DNA from: Chrysomallon squamiferum
Lineage: Eukaryota; Animalia; Mollusca
DNA length: 64,000 nucleotides
Assembly: GCA_012295275.1 (NCBI GenBank)
Contig: CM022672.1
Coordinates: 18,290,001 to 18,354,000 of the forward strand
Direction of reading: 5' to 3'
Part shown: piece after piece, positions 28,661-43,976 of the stretch
Layout of the letters: every line of letters starts with the position of its first letter
Numbering within the stretch: position 1 is the first letter of the stretch
The notes under the pieces: model-generated
What the model saw: only the letters and a program-made list of their open reading frames with translations
Database searches by the model: none
Told to the model about the DNA's origin: nothing
Translations under genes and position numbers: made by a program

Positions 28661-29929
28661 AATATTTTTTGTTCTAGATGTAACAAGGATTTTTAATAGT
28701 TCTTTTTGAATACTGGCTTTAAATACAAACTGAGATATTAACTAAAACGTCTTCGAAAAGGATAATGTTTTGTACATCAATAATCCAAGCACCAACATCA
28801 TTACAAATCCATCGACACTCAAACTCATTATGGTTCCCTGTAGCTGCAATACATTTGCTCTCTCTCTCTCTCTGTTTTGTCGATAAATGTTTTTTTAATA
28901 CGTTTTCTGTTTTCTCATTTCATAATTTGTGTTAGAATTCGTTTTTATCGTTGGAAGTACCTTTTCTACACTTTTACTGACTGTTTTGTCGATACGTTTT
29001 CAATGGGCTTTTTGACTACATTTATTTATTATTATTATATACTTTTTTTTTTACATCTACCAGTTTTCTATCATTACTTTTGTAAGTTCGTTTCCTTTTT
29101 TCTCATTATTTTTTCAATGCATATATATATATTTTTTTTCGTTTTCTAGGTTTATTTTTCACCAATATATTTCAGTTTTTTAAATATCTTCTGTGTAATT
29201 ATGGATTCTACGTTTTCGCAATATATTCCTACGGAGTTTTTTCTTTTAAAATAAATTTTCTGCGCATCCAGTACGTTTTCTTCCAACTTCATAAATATGT
29301 TTTGGCTTCATTTTACGTCTTCTCAATATTTGTACTGCGTTTTCTCAATACGTTTTCATCGGTGTTTTTTTTTTCCCCTCTACATTTCAGATGTTTTCTT
29401 TCACTCTGTTTTCCAGCTTTATATATTTTTATAACTTGCGGCCAGAGATGCAGGTTCTTTTCTTTACAGTTTCCACGCCAGACTTCCGTCATTACTGGTA
29501 TATTGTATTTTCGTATCTTTCACAGCAGCACAAAAACGATATCATCGATACTATCGATAATGTTGATCATATTAATGAAACTAATTTTTGATTTTCTTCT
29601 CTTTTCCTTTTTTTCAATTCATAACGCACATTCTTTTCATCTTTCGATTAATCGATTAAATCTCTCTCATCGTTCGTTTCGACCTACCGATTTAAAAAAA
29701 AAAAAAAAAAAAAAAAATCTTCCCTTTTTTACTATTCACACCCTCGTTCGTTCCATCGTTGAAGCGATTAAAAAACAAAACAAAAAAAACCTTCCCTTCT
29801 CATTCATTCGCGTGTTCTTTCTTTCCTTCACTCAAGCGATTAATTCACTTAGGGCAATTCCCCCTAGCTTAATGGAATTATTAACCATTGTTTATATGGC
29901 TAGAAGATATCGTACTGGCAAAATGGTTT

Positions 29930-30272
29930 CATCAACGCGCAAGGTCACAATATCCGGCCGTTACTCGGAATCACGAATATATCTATATCAACGCAAAAAA
30001 CCTCCCCGATAACGGGCTTTTTATGGGTCATTTCGGAGAAACAACCGTGTGTACACTTCTTACGTGAGAATCGAAAAGTGTAATTGAAAAATGATGTGGC
30101 GTGAGGAAATAACCTCGGCGATATGGCCCGCCTGCGATAGGAAAAACAGGGCCATTCCGCGGTTTCGCAGAAATTGACGAAATAACGTCGGTAAGGTTTT
30201 TACGCCAGTGTCGTAAATTACTGTCGTTATGGTCGAGTTCGGCTGTACGTAATGCGGGCAGTACTTGTTGTC

Positions 30273-30306
<34 letters not shown>

Positions 30307-30480
30307 AGTTTTTCTCTGGCCATAAAAATCGCGAAGGAATATGGAAGTTTTTTCAACGGAACGCGGGTTACGCCCTGACGTATGTTTGAATTTCATTTTC
30401 TGCCCGCTGCACGCTTCAGCAGGTAATCATGAACGAGTTTCGGGATCGATACGCCCCGGTGCCTTATGCGAAACTACATG
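29930..30480. promoter_or_regulatory. CpG-rich enhancer-like island with Cdx/posterior-Hox-type sites
   Basis: TTTTATGG at 30019, TTTTACG at 30198, GTCGTAAA at 30210 and GCCATAAAA at 30319. High CpG density relative to the flanks. Confidence 0.35.
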
Positions 30481-30551
30481 GTCACAACAACTCATAATTT
30501 TTAGGCAATTTATGTATATATACATTTATTATAATTTTTTTAAACATATAT

Positions 30552-30858
30552 TATTACTACTACTACTACTACAACTCTACTACTGTTACTACTACTACTA
30601 CTACTACTACTATTACTACTACTACTGCTTCTGCTGCTACTACTATTATTACTGGTACTACTAGTACTACTACTACTACTGGTACTTCTACTACTACAAC
30701 TACTACTGCTACTACTATTACTACTGGTACTACTAGTACCACTACTACCACTGGTACTTCTACTACTACTACTGCTGCTACTAGGCTACTACCAGGCTAC
30801 TGCCATTACTATTACCACAACTTTTACTGCTACTACTATTACTGCTGCCGTTGCTACT
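30552..30858. repeat. (CTA)n tract with higher-order repeat units (ctactggtact...)
   Basis: Directly visible. Confidence 0.9.
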
Positions 30859-31717
30859 AAAAATACAAACAAGAAGTTCATATTTAAATTTTATGTAAAG
30901 AAAACACAAAAGTCTCGGTTTCTTAAAACAAATACTAGTGCTGGGAAAGAACAAGCAAGGAAAGAAACGAAAAAAACAACAATTAAAAAACAACAACGAA
31001 AAGACAGAACTGAAAAATATTAGAACGAAAGAAATAAAGGAATAGAAAAAAAAAGTGGGAGGAAACGAAAAACGAAATTAAAAAAAAAAAGAATGAAAAA
31101 TAACAGAAAAACAAACCAAACAAAACAAAACCTGGGAAAGCATACCAAGAAATAAAAATAACAAAATAGTTTAGCAAAAAAAAGGCAGACGAAAATAAGA
31201 TTCGATATTCCTAACATGCGAAAAAGAAAAAAGAAAACAATCATACAACAAATTATTTTTGCATCAGTTTGTTTTCCGCTCACTTTATCTTGTTATTCTT
31301 CATTTCCGTGACTCGCTCATTCTAACAGCAAAAGACGAGTGAGAAAAAAACAACAGCAGACATAATTTCATTATTTATATATTAAACAAAAAATCTGCCG
31401 TGCTTCAACTTCTTGTACCGATTTGTATTACGTAATACTCGTCTGTTGTTTTTCTCTGATACGTTCCGTTTAAGAAAGTAAATAAACAGACAGACACACA
31501 GCCAGACGCACAAACAGACAGGAAGATAGATAGATAGATAGACAGACAGATAGAGAGACATCCAGAAAAACAGATACATACATAAGTAGATAGATAGAAA
31601 GAGACAGCCACAGAAACAGATAGATAGACAGGCAGACAAACAGACAGAAAGATAGACACAGAGATAGACAAGATAAATAGACAGAGATAGACAGAAAGAT
31701 AGACAGATAGATAGACT

Positions 31718-31767
<50 letters not shown>

Positions 31768-32022
31768 TTCCTATATCTGGTGTTTTAAAACCTGTGTGTT
31801 CTTGTTTATGGGAAGGCACTTTCTTGTTTTGGTAGGAGTAGGTTACTTAGTGAGAGCTGCGAGATTCTTCAGTCAAACGTTATCATTACAAAATCATCTT
31901 TTACACATTAGACATCTTTAAACGTCCGTTTATAACAGCCCAACTTCAAAAGAAATTAAAATCTGTCTTTAACACAAAATTTAGCTTTTAAGTGATTTAC
32001 ATTTCTTTTATATTCAGTCACA

Positions 32023-32222
32023 TTATTTTTTAATACGTTTGGATAAAAACTGTTTATCCCGTTCTAATGTATAGTCAAAACGTCAGAAAACTGTCTCAAC
32101 AAATAACGTGGCTAGTAAGTTATTAATCAGCTAATATTATTTTTAATAAGTTTGGATAAAAACTGTTTATCCCGTTATAACATATAGTCGAAACTTCAGC
32201 AAACAGCGTGACTGGTAAGTTT
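32023..32222 (+). repeat. Tandem duplication, ~113-bp period
   Basis: gtttggataaaaactgtttatcccgtt...tatagtc.aaac.tcag occurs twice (GGATAAA at 32041 and 32154). Confidence 0.85.
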
Positions 32223-32963
32223 ACAGCGAAGTGACAGGACAGTTTGGAAATTTTATTAATACAACATAAAATGTCTGTGAATGTCGTATCGAGATATTTA
32301 TTACATTAAAAAAAATACGCTAATTCCTGGAAAGTTTATTTTTTTTCTTCAGTTATGCAAAACTTGAGCCTATATTCAATTTCGGGACAATCCCAGTTCA
32401 ATAACTCTGCCATTATCTGTGTTATGCAAGCTTAATCACTCTTTAGTGAGAAAGAAAACAACATAAACATCGATTGTTCAATTCTAGCTTGGAGTTATTC
32501 ATCAAACTAACACAGGAAGTTTCCAAACTCCATACTTTATTACTTCCTAGTTGTAAATAATATAGCTATCATTTTCATATATATACTGGGATAATTGAGG
32601 ATATATACATGCATTTAAAAAGTTTAACATTAAAATGGGTGAAATGAACTGTGAAAAAGTAGAAGAAGATGAAATGATATTAATAAAAAAAAATGAAGGA
32701 AGAATTTGAAAAGTAAAATCTATAGGGCGGTCAATGCAGAATTCGTAAAGAAAAATTTACGTGAAAATTAATGGGTGTAAAATCTTTAAGGAAAGTTTTA
32801 ATGCGTTTTTAATGTCTGTGAAGAAAATTAATGAACACTATAAATTTAAAAAAATAACACACGCACTCACAAAAAAACCCTCAAAGCAATGAAGTAAACA
32901 GATCGACATCAGATATGGGTAAATAAAAGTCACGTCTTAATAAAATATCAGAAACCGTGATAT

Positions 32964-33072
<109 letters not shown>

Positions 33073-34237
33073 AAGAATAACTTTCTTCTATTCATTTTTT
33101 TTTATTATTATCTTTTTAATTTAATTACATTTTTTTCATTTTAGTAACTTATTTTTCTGTAGAATTTCTTTTCTGGGAGACATATTTGGTTTTTAACAAA
33201 TTACTTGCCCCCTAAAAATCTTGTTTTATTTATTTAATTATTCATTTATTTTTATTTTGTTTTTGTTTTGGCCTCTTAATATTAATCGTTTACGACAACA
33301 ATGGTTTTCAAATTGTAGTAAACTGTTAGTACAGAAGATTAAGTAGTTTCTGCAATACAGCAGATTTTTTTTTTCTTACATTATTTACTCGCCATACATA
33401 AATAATAGAGTTGCTGTCCTTAGCGGAAGTCTGAGGAACAAATCTGTACAGCACTGAACATTCACGTCGATGCGAAAACCCCATGGCAGTCTCTTGTACT
33501 TCTGTGCCTTTAAATCTTAATCGTCGACTCCGCAGTATTTCACCTTTTTCTTTCTTCTTAAATTAAAGCAGGAAACAAGTACGGTATTTATATTAACGAT
33601 TTGTTTTATATATTTCACGAGTCACGCTCACGTTGAAGTCTTGAATCATTTTCTTGTTCTCGTGTTCATTAAAACAAAGACGTCTGTTAAACAATCCAGT
33701 GTTCTCAACCCGCAGAGACCTGTTGCGTTCCCACTACATCATTTATATCTCAAGATTCCATTTGTCTTTTGACTTTTTCTTTTTCTCTTTTTGAAATTGG
33801 TGATGAAGATTAAATACGCCGATGACTGTTTGCTCGGACTGGCTTTGTCTTTCTCTCTATTTTGACTCTTCATTCTTCGAGAAACGTACTAACGCACTCT
33901 TAGACACTCTAGGACGCATATACGAACGCGAATACACTTTCTCATAATGTATATATCTAAAGATAGAAATATCTGTGCATATTTTGACTGAATTTTTACA
34001 GACAGAACACCGAAACGCAGACATTTATATGGTCGCGTAGTGAAAACATTACAGGAACATGTTAATTTAACGCCTCCTTATTTGTAGGTCTTTTCTCTGG
34101 ACACTTACTTAATAAGTATTTACATATGTATGTACATTAAAAACTCAAAAATAGATGTACAGACGACAAAATAATGAATAAATGATAATTAACCATCTAG
34201 TTATTTCTATGTGTTTTTGAGTGTTTCATTGTGAGCG

Positions 34238-34311
<74 letters not shown>

Positions 34312-34313
34312 AT

Positions 34314-34347
<34 letters not shown>

Positions 34348-35898
34348 TTTGTTGAGGAATACACAATACTAATCTCATTAAACACGAAACAACAAAGAAT
34401 TAAAAATAATTGGCATTTTTCATTTCTATTATCAGTTTATACATTTATGAAAACTGTTAACTATCAAAGCAGTACATTTCGCTTTCTGTGCGGGTTCGTT
34501 TAATTGGCTTACTCGGAAAGCCTTGCATCTGACCTTGCTCCAACTCCAATCTTATATATTTTAGCATTCATCGCGCATGGGCGGACAAATATGATTACCG
34601 AATGTTTTGCTCGTTTTCTGTAAGTCACATATTGGCCATTCTCATCTCGTTTCTCAATTACCATTACCAGCACACGGCGCACAAAAGAACGTGGAATGGT
34701 AAGGCCAAGAATGTCATAGAAAATTAGCCGTGCATCTGTCGAAGGCGCATTTGCATTGGAGATATTTTACGAGTAAGCAGTTAGCGCGGGGGATCTGAAA
34801 TAATGGGCCCTATGATGCAAGGGGAGGTGGTCGTAAAATTGGATTAGTTTTCATGAATAGGGTTTGAATGTAGAAGTCGTTACGTTTGGCAAAACCTGAT
34901 GCATAACGGTAAACATGATCGTATCGCTTGATTTCCTTGGCGTAATAATTTTTGTACGCGTATGTGTGTGGTTGTGTTTTTTGTGTGTATACGGATATAC
35001 AGACATTATAAATATATATATCGGTGTGTATGCCGATATGCGTATAAAAAGTATCATGTTCTCTTCATTAATGTTAGTATATATAGACAAACATACACAC
35101 AGAGACACAAATACAACACATTAACAATATAATAGAGAAAATATATAATACAGAGCAGCAGAAGGAAAGATAGGCCATTCCAGCTCTCATTTCTGTTTTA
35201 AATCAGACTTTAAACTGGAACCTTTTTTATCACTAAGATTAAGACGTGTTGATGTATCTCGAGACATTCTTTCACTTGTACAGTATTAAACTAATTCTCA
35301 GTTCAGTGTCCAGATGACAGTTTGAACACAAGTGACGCGATCTCTTCACTGATGGCGACAGTGGAGTCACGCAAAGAGACAAGACTCTGTGACGATTTAG
35401 ACCAACCGTGACACAGAATACATGCACGTTGTTAATTTAATTTTAACAACACCATCGACGACTCGACAGTTACTTTGTTTTCAGCTGATAGCGTGTACTT
35501 CTTCTGTCTTGTGTACACCCGAAATAGACGTGTTTGAGACATTGCGCAAGTTAATAGATGATTGTCATGCTATGAAGTTTTGTATAGTTTAAAACGAACT
35601 GAATTAATCATTGCGATCAGATTCATGCTCTTCATTGTATAACCTCGTAGATAACTATTCCTACTCGACTCAATAATGAATACTAGTATTCATATGAAAA
35701 TTATAATACTACGAATGTCAGCTTTATAATTTTATTTCCTATATAATAAATTTGAATTATATATATATATATTTATATGTATGTATGTATGTATGTACGT
35801 ATGTCGTAAGTATGTGTATGTGTATGTGTATGTATATGTATATGTATGTGTGTGTCTTATATATATATATATACATACATACATACATACAGACATAC

Positions 35899-35931
<33 letters not shown>

Positions 35932-36366
35932 TAGATAGATAGATAGATAGCGGAATTGATAGACAGATCGACAGATTTAAATACTAAACGAAACACACGG
36001 ACATTCCTACAAAAACACAAACACACACGCACAAATCACAATGCTTATAATTACCATGCATGTTCTAATACACAGGATCACGATGACATTTAGGGTCGTC
36101 ATTAAAGAAACATTTTTCTTGTCAGCACGTGGATGTGCAGTACAAAGAAACAACGACGCTATATTGAAAGCTGTCTCCATTGACTACTGATTTACTGTAA
36201 TCTAATTTGCCTTGGAAATGAGAGAAAATGACAAGTTTTAAATCTGTCGCTCAATATTGGTTTCCACAGATCAAAGTAATTTGCATTCGAGAACGTAAAC
36301 TTGAGGTGCCATTTTCAAGCCTTTTCAGATGTAGATTTTTTTAATACGTTGTTAGGATGAGGAAAG

Positions 36367-36417
<51 letters not shown>

Positions 36418-36426
36418 GAGGAGGAG

Positions 36427-36509
<83 letters not shown>

Positions 36510-37114
36510 TAAGTTTAGTAGAATGCGATACATACGTATGTATATATATATATATATATGCATGTATGTATATTACGGTGTATTCTGACAGTACGTAAAC
36601 TTCAGTCTAAATCACCATTGATTATTGTAGTTCTGTTATTATCATCGTTATAATCAATAATCTCTAAATCTCTGTAACAATCACAGTAAAGAGAAAAATA
36701 CCTTTCAACCCGTTAATTTGAAAACACGGTGAGATTTAAATCCAAAACACAGACAGGGAAACAAGTCTGCGAGATTAGTTAGCTTCAGTTTGTTCGCAGA
36801 CAAACTGATATGGAGGAATTTATAAATAGTGTGTATTTGTTTAATACTTTTTAAGCATGCGAATCGTGTTATACCGCTCCAGACAAAACTATATATATAT
36901 ATATACACAACAAACACATACATATATTATTATGAACACATTGTGTTTATACATCTTCTCCGATATGTTAATCATTTATCATTGATGAAACAGAAAATGG
37001 TATTGTGGTATTTATCTTAATTCGTTGTGTATGTGCATATGAATGTTGTTGTTTTTCAGTCATTCGCAACTTCAGATTTAAAATTAAATTATTATTATTA
37101 TTATTATTATTATT

Positions 37115-37168
<54 letters not shown>

Positions 37169-37604
37169 GGTGGTGGTGGGAGTTTTATTATTCATAAAAA
37201 AGATATTTATATATGTATCACTTTTTCAACTGAACCGGAAATGATGTCAGCCGGCGCCAGTCTGAGTCTCGTAAGAACGGCACTGGCTTCGTTTCACTTC
37301 ATTTCTGTTCATAATGTAAAAATTTCCACTCCAGACCGCAGAAGCTTTACAAAGATCGACTTACACTCTAACTGATCTAGAAGCGATTCCCATTTCTAAT
37401 GTTGCCGCATATTCCGACTTCTTTTAATTCACTTCTGATGAAGGTTTGCATCTGACCGTGATCAATATGGCCCCGGGATCTATGCAAGGATCAAAAGCGT
37501 CGTGTCAAATTTGAATGATAGACTTTTTCAGAACAACTTACATGTTTACCCATTTCTCGCAGCCAAATAACCAAGGCGTGCATTCTCAAGTCGCTTGCTT
37601 TGCC

Positions 37605-37635
<31 letters not shown>

Positions 37636-40600
37636 TAAGATTGCTCTCCATGATGTACATTCAATTCTGTTACTCGATATACGTTTGTCTTTTTTTTATT
37701 TATTTTTTTTTATTAAATAAATATGATAATCATTTAGGACGATCCCATCTACAATTCCTTCGTAAAGCTCTTTGTCGTGTGTATTAAAAAGCCCTTAATA
37801 ATTAGCACACGCTTCAGACACAAAAAAGCATTACAGAATCGCTTCTCTTATGCTCCCAGAAGAAAGAAAAAGAAAAAAAGATAAAGAAAAAGAAAAAAGA
37901 AAAAATAAATGGAAAAAAAAAGAAGAAAAGAAAAAGAAATAAAGAAAGAAACTCCAAAAGAAGACGTTCGAGTATTAATTGTTGCTCAGGACTGAAATAT
38001 CATTGCATTTCCACAAGATAATTGCAAACAGCGAAACACGTGTCATCTGAAGTGTCCAGAAGATTTCCTCTGAAAAGGAAAGAATTATATAAAAAAAAAA
38101 AACGAGGAATGAAGAGAGACGCGATGATTTTTTTAAACAGAGCGAGATGACATTTAAATTGGACAGTCGCCTCAGACTAACGTTCCGTGAAAACAGTGGA
38201 TGTAAACCTGACAGGAGATGTCTGTCTCGTCTCTTTACACAAAAAAACAACAACGAAGAAGCCTAATGTGGGCTGGAGGAAAAGATATCGCTGTAGATGA
38301 ATAACAATGTCGTTGTTGTTGTTGTTGTTGTTTTTGTTTGATATTGTTGATGTCAATGTGTTTTATTATTTTTATTTTCGTCATTTGTTGTTCCTATCAT
38401 TAGTAGTAGCTTTAGTAGTTGTATTTGGAGCAATAGTAATAGTAGTAGCAGCAGCAGTAGTAGTAGTAGTAGTAGTAGTAATAGTAGTAGCAGTGACAAT
38501 AGTAGTATTAATATTAGAAGAAGTTGTTGTTGTAGTAGCAGAAATAGTAGCAACAGCTGTAGCAGTGGTGAGGTAATCGTAGTAACATAAGTAATAAAGA
38601 AGGTAGTAACGGTGTAAACATAAGTAATAAAGATGGTGGTAATGGTGTAAACAGAAGCGACAGTACATATAATATTTACAGCTGAACTGTACACTGATTG
38701 TCAACAAGAAAATTATCACACTGTCTACACAACACACTGGTCTGGACCGACCTCTGCAAACTGCTATAATCTGCGACACGAAGCGTTTCATTCCGCTAAG
38801 TGGAATCCTATGTAAATAACGTCCCGCAAAGGCTATTGTTTGCTATAAAACATCTTATGTCGCTGTACATAAAACGCCATAAGCTGCTTATTTAATAAGT
38901 AACTAATAACACAGAAAATTCGAATTATTATTATTATTTTTATATTTTTTTCTCAAACAGATAAGATCGGCTGGCCTCTAACGATGAATTGTTGTTGTTT
39001 CATTGGTTTAGCGTGATGGTCGTGTTTTATTTCGTTGTCATGGTGTAACCAAGAACTCCAGGGACAAAGGCAACTATATCCACTTACAGAAGCATTCTTG
39101 AAAATATGGTGTGATTTTTTTTTTGCGTGTGCCTAACGAGCTGGGGATATTTCCGATGCTGCTTTGCTGTTTTCCAAGATATATTTCACAAATTCATTAG
39201 AGAGAGAGAGAGAGAAAAAAAAATATGGAAAAATTTTTGTATTGTTTCTTGTATTAATTTTTACACTGCTTTGTTCCCGTAAGAGTTTGTGACACAGATT
39301 CATTTCGTTCAAATAAATTCTGCGACAATGTGTTTTTGTATCTTTCTATACAATACAGTACTGAGTTCAGGTTGGATAGTTCATCCTTAGGTATCGTTTG
39401 TCACAATATCAGTTCTCCTTGACGCGTCCTTCTGTTATTTTCTGAATCCACGAACTGCACATACGTAAGCAATATAGGCATATATATATTTTCATATGTA
39501 TTTATTTATTTATTTATTTATTCCCTGGTTATTCAGCTCCTTGGTGGAGAGATGGACAAATGCGCATTTATGTCCGGCTATTTCTGCAATACTTCTGTTT
39601 TCAAAGTATGAAATACACATTTCCCTCTTTATTAAAAAAGTGAATGTAAAAGAACCTTGTTGCCTATCTTCAGTAAACTACATATACAAATACAGCTTGC
39701 TGCTAGAAAGCAGGTTTCCTCTCTTATTTTCTGTACATCATCCATGACATAATGATAGATTAAAAAAAATGCATTGAATGTGTTACTACATAAAATATTT
39801 ATTTTTCTCTTCTCTTTCTTCTTTTCTGGTTTCCTATTGTTACTGTTATGCTTTTCTTCTTCTTCTTCTTAATAGAGTCTCAAATATGTTGTCACATTCG
39901 TGCCTGCGTCTTCAGACGAATATGAATAATCAAATTCTTTATGAAACATTACCGACCATTTTCTACTTCATGTCGTACGACACGAGATGGGAGAGAAATA
40001 AATAAATTCGATTTGCATCAGTCCTTATTTCCTCCAAGAGCTCGCATGATAAGTCAGCTAACTGCGCTCTGTCGCAAGACATCTGGATCACTGTTCTCAG
40101 GGGACAACAGTTTTACCGTACACCAACGATTTCATTCTTTAACAATCATCTACTTAATGTTCGTCGTCCATTTACATATTTTTTTTTTTTAATTTTTTTT
40201 TTTTTTTTTTTTTTTTTTATCGCCTTGGTAACCATGGCTACGTTAGAAGAGATTTGATGTTATCATTTACTGGAGATGGGAATATTTCAATTGTTTCACG
40301 TCGTATATATGTATATTTAGTTCATTGAAGACGTTTCAATGCAAAATAGGTGCTGGAAGTTTTATGGCTTAAGTGTTCGGGTAATATTCGTTGTATCATA
40401 AGATGGATACTGTCGAAGTGAATGATTTGAAAAAAATAATGTTAATGAAAGCATGATTAAAATATAAACTGTATGATCTTTATAAGTGAAAAAATAATAA
40501 TAACAAAAAAAAAAAAATAAAAAATAATAATAAAAGAAAAAGAAAAATAAGAAAAGAAAAGAAAAGAAAAAGTAAAATAACGAAATGATCAACCCATTTC

Positions 40601-41459
40601 TCTCTTAATCACACATATATACATACATATACACGTACACATTCTTACATACGTACACACGTACGTAGGTTCACACGCACACGCACACACATATATCTAT
40701 ATATACACACACATGCATTCATACGTATGCTCATACATTCATACATATATACATAATACACAACACATAATTTATACATACATAGTGTCGTAATAGTAAG
40801 AATAATAACAATAATCAAATTATATTTTATAAAAAAAAACTCTTTCCACCTCTTTTTTTTTTTTTTTTTTCAACTGTAACAAATATAAAGTTTATCACTT
40901 AACACGGCATTTCCAACAAAGCGACTGAAGGTAATTATGTACGGTATCTTCAAAACAAACTTTTGGTTTCAAGTTAATACCAGCTTAATCCTCCTGTAAA
41001 CCCAGCGACTTGGTTCAGATTTCTTCGTCTGGCCAAAACGCCTGGATAACGAGTATTGCTGAGCATCTGTTAAACTGAGCTGCTGAACAGCAGCTGTCTT
41101 CGTTATTGGAAAATCTGTTTACATTCAGAATGTTTTTTTTATTGCAAACTTTGTCTTGTATGTGTGCGTATTTGTGTGTGTGTGTATGTATATATATATT
41201 ATATATATATATTTATAATTATATGTATGTATGTATGTATGTATTTATATATGTGTATGTGTGTCTATATATATATATAAACACGCGTGTGCATGTTTCT
41301 GCGTTTGTATGTCTATATGAGTGATGTGTATATTTCTATATATATGTATGTGTGTATGTATTTATATATAAGTGCGTGTATATATATATATATATGTATT
41401 CTTTTCTATCTATTTGTCTATCTATCTGTGTATATGTATGTATATACATATAAATATAA

Positions 41460-41507
<48 letters not shown>

Positions 41508-43900
41508 TTCTGTTTAAAAGGCATTAGCAGATTTTTGCACACGAGACACATAAAATAAAACTCCATGAAAAGAACATATAAATAAATTTATTCCATTTTG
41601 AGATAAAAGACACTATTTATATATATATACATAAAAAACAATAACAGCCCACAAAAACACCTGATATCTGACATCTTCGTACCACGATTTCCATTATTAA
41701 ACACGGACTTCAGTTAAATGTTTTTTGCTCCAGTGGCTTATTCCTTCCTTAAGTCGAAGAAACCTTTTTACGATATGCGATCTGAAGCCAGTTCTTCCAA
41801 ACACTGTCGTAGTCCACTTACAATGATCTGTCACGGAATTAGAATTTAATTTGATACTGACCTTTATCCATCTGAGAAATCAACGATTAATTCTGGTTTT
41901 TTTTTTGTTTTTTTTTTTTTCTTCACAGAAATGGTTACGAATTAAATAGATATTTCAATTACTTTTCTTTTAAGGAATTAGATAAGGAAGTGATGGTGAC
42001 ACACATATAAATTATAAATGCTTTGTAATGTGAAATTTAATATTAAACGAATTCTGACGGTTTTCCAAAACACGTGTTCGTTTTTAACAACATGACGTCA
42101 GCACTGCAGCGGTGCAGTTCTATACGTTTAAATCTTTTATTATTATTCTTTTCTTTTGTTTGTCTCTTCTTTTATTTAAAAAAAAAAAAAAAAATCTATA
42201 ACGTTAATATTTTAAACTATTATTCTGTGTAAAACTTCAGCTTTTGGCTAAATTAAATCGTATTCTCCTTTAAATGAAAATGAGAATTTTCTGTATTAAA
42301 TAGACAATTATATATATATATATGCACACGCATTATATATATATATATTACTGCATATTATTATTATTATTACATACATTATTATTACTGTTGTTGTTGT
42401 TGTTGTTATTGGTGTTGGTGGTGTTGGTGGTGGTGGTGGTGGTGTTTTATTATCCATCTATATATGTATCACTTTTTTTAACTAAACGGAAATAATGTCA
42501 TCTGACATACATACGTACATGCGTACATAATACATACATACATACACACACATACATACCTACCTATATACACACAGTATTCCATTATTACACAGTAATT
42601 CCATTATTGCATTCTTAAATTATATATATTTTTTTTTTTTTCTGATAATAGTTCCTCTGTTATTAGCGTATCACAAAGGTCGGTTGGTTGACTGTTTCTC
42701 TTATTTTTAATTATAAGCTGGTCTAATGCTGGCAGTCCGGAAACACCCGCATTTCATATCCTATCACACTATTTAATAATCAGAACAAGAATATTTAACT
42801 GTAATTACTTTTGTAATCTAGTGTCCAGAAACAAGGTAGCTCCGCTAAGATATCATTTCTTTAGACAGCTAGGTGGTTATCCTAGGTTAATCCATGCAGT
42901 GTATCTAAGATGCGATCTTTACTTTTATTAATACAGTAGTAATTGTTTTATCTTTTACCTCATTTTATATACGTAGTGAAATTTTAGAATATGTATGTAT
43001 ATGTATGTATATATGAGTATATAAAATGTTGTTCATGCGTATGTGTGTGTGATATTATATTTTTTGTAGGTCTGCCTTCTTTTTGTTTGTCTGTCTGTCT
43101 ATTTGTCTACAGATAGTTTATAATTTTGACAAAATCTGTAACTTATATAAAAGAAATTATCGATAGGTTATACAAACGTTGCTTTAATCTTTGTTTGACA
43201 CTTTTTAACTATTTACATAAATATCTGTTGAAATGTAGCTCAATTGTTAAGGCAAAACAAATCTGGTGTAATGTTTTTGAGTAGAATCTGCTAACGTTCA
43301 GTTCATTTGCATTACTGATACGTTTTCGCTTTGTATCTTCTTGTCAGCACGTCGGGTCTCACATGGGAACAATTAACAGTCATAATGCTGCAGAAATCTA
43401 TGAAAATGTAAGGGTGAAATTAAAACAGAGAAGCAATCTTCGTTTAAACAGTCTTCATTTATAGTAATACAAGCGAAACAGGATTTAATTTGGTCGAGCA
43501 GTGATGTGGAGAGTGATTCGATAAAACGTAGTTTGTGCAGGTCATTCTGGTATTGAATTAATGGGTGCATGTTTATAACGCAGGTCAAGGTAAAACGAGA
43601 CAAAGAAACAGAAGTTTAAATGTGTACATTGCGACAAGTATAGAATAAATAAACAGTCGTACGTAAATGTACATTCATCCATGCATGTATGTGTGTGTGT
43701 GTGTGTATGTACATAAACTCGTATACACATATGCATACATACAGAGAGACAGAGAGAGAGACAAAAAGGAAATTTAAATGTATACAGTCATTTATAAATA
43801 AACATACATACAGACAAACAGTCGTCTATGCATGTGTGTTATATAATGTGGTATGTTTGTGTATAAACACCCACCCACATATACATACACACACATGCAT

Positions 43901-43976
<76 letters not shown>

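Noticed and set aside
29302-30012. Longest ORF in the track (236 aa)
   Set aside because: T-rich low-complexity F/S/I/L composition, crosses a poly-A run, non-ATG start and no motif.
33697-33712. hAT-like TIR CAGTGTTCTCAACC
   Set aside because: No partner TIR or target duplication found.
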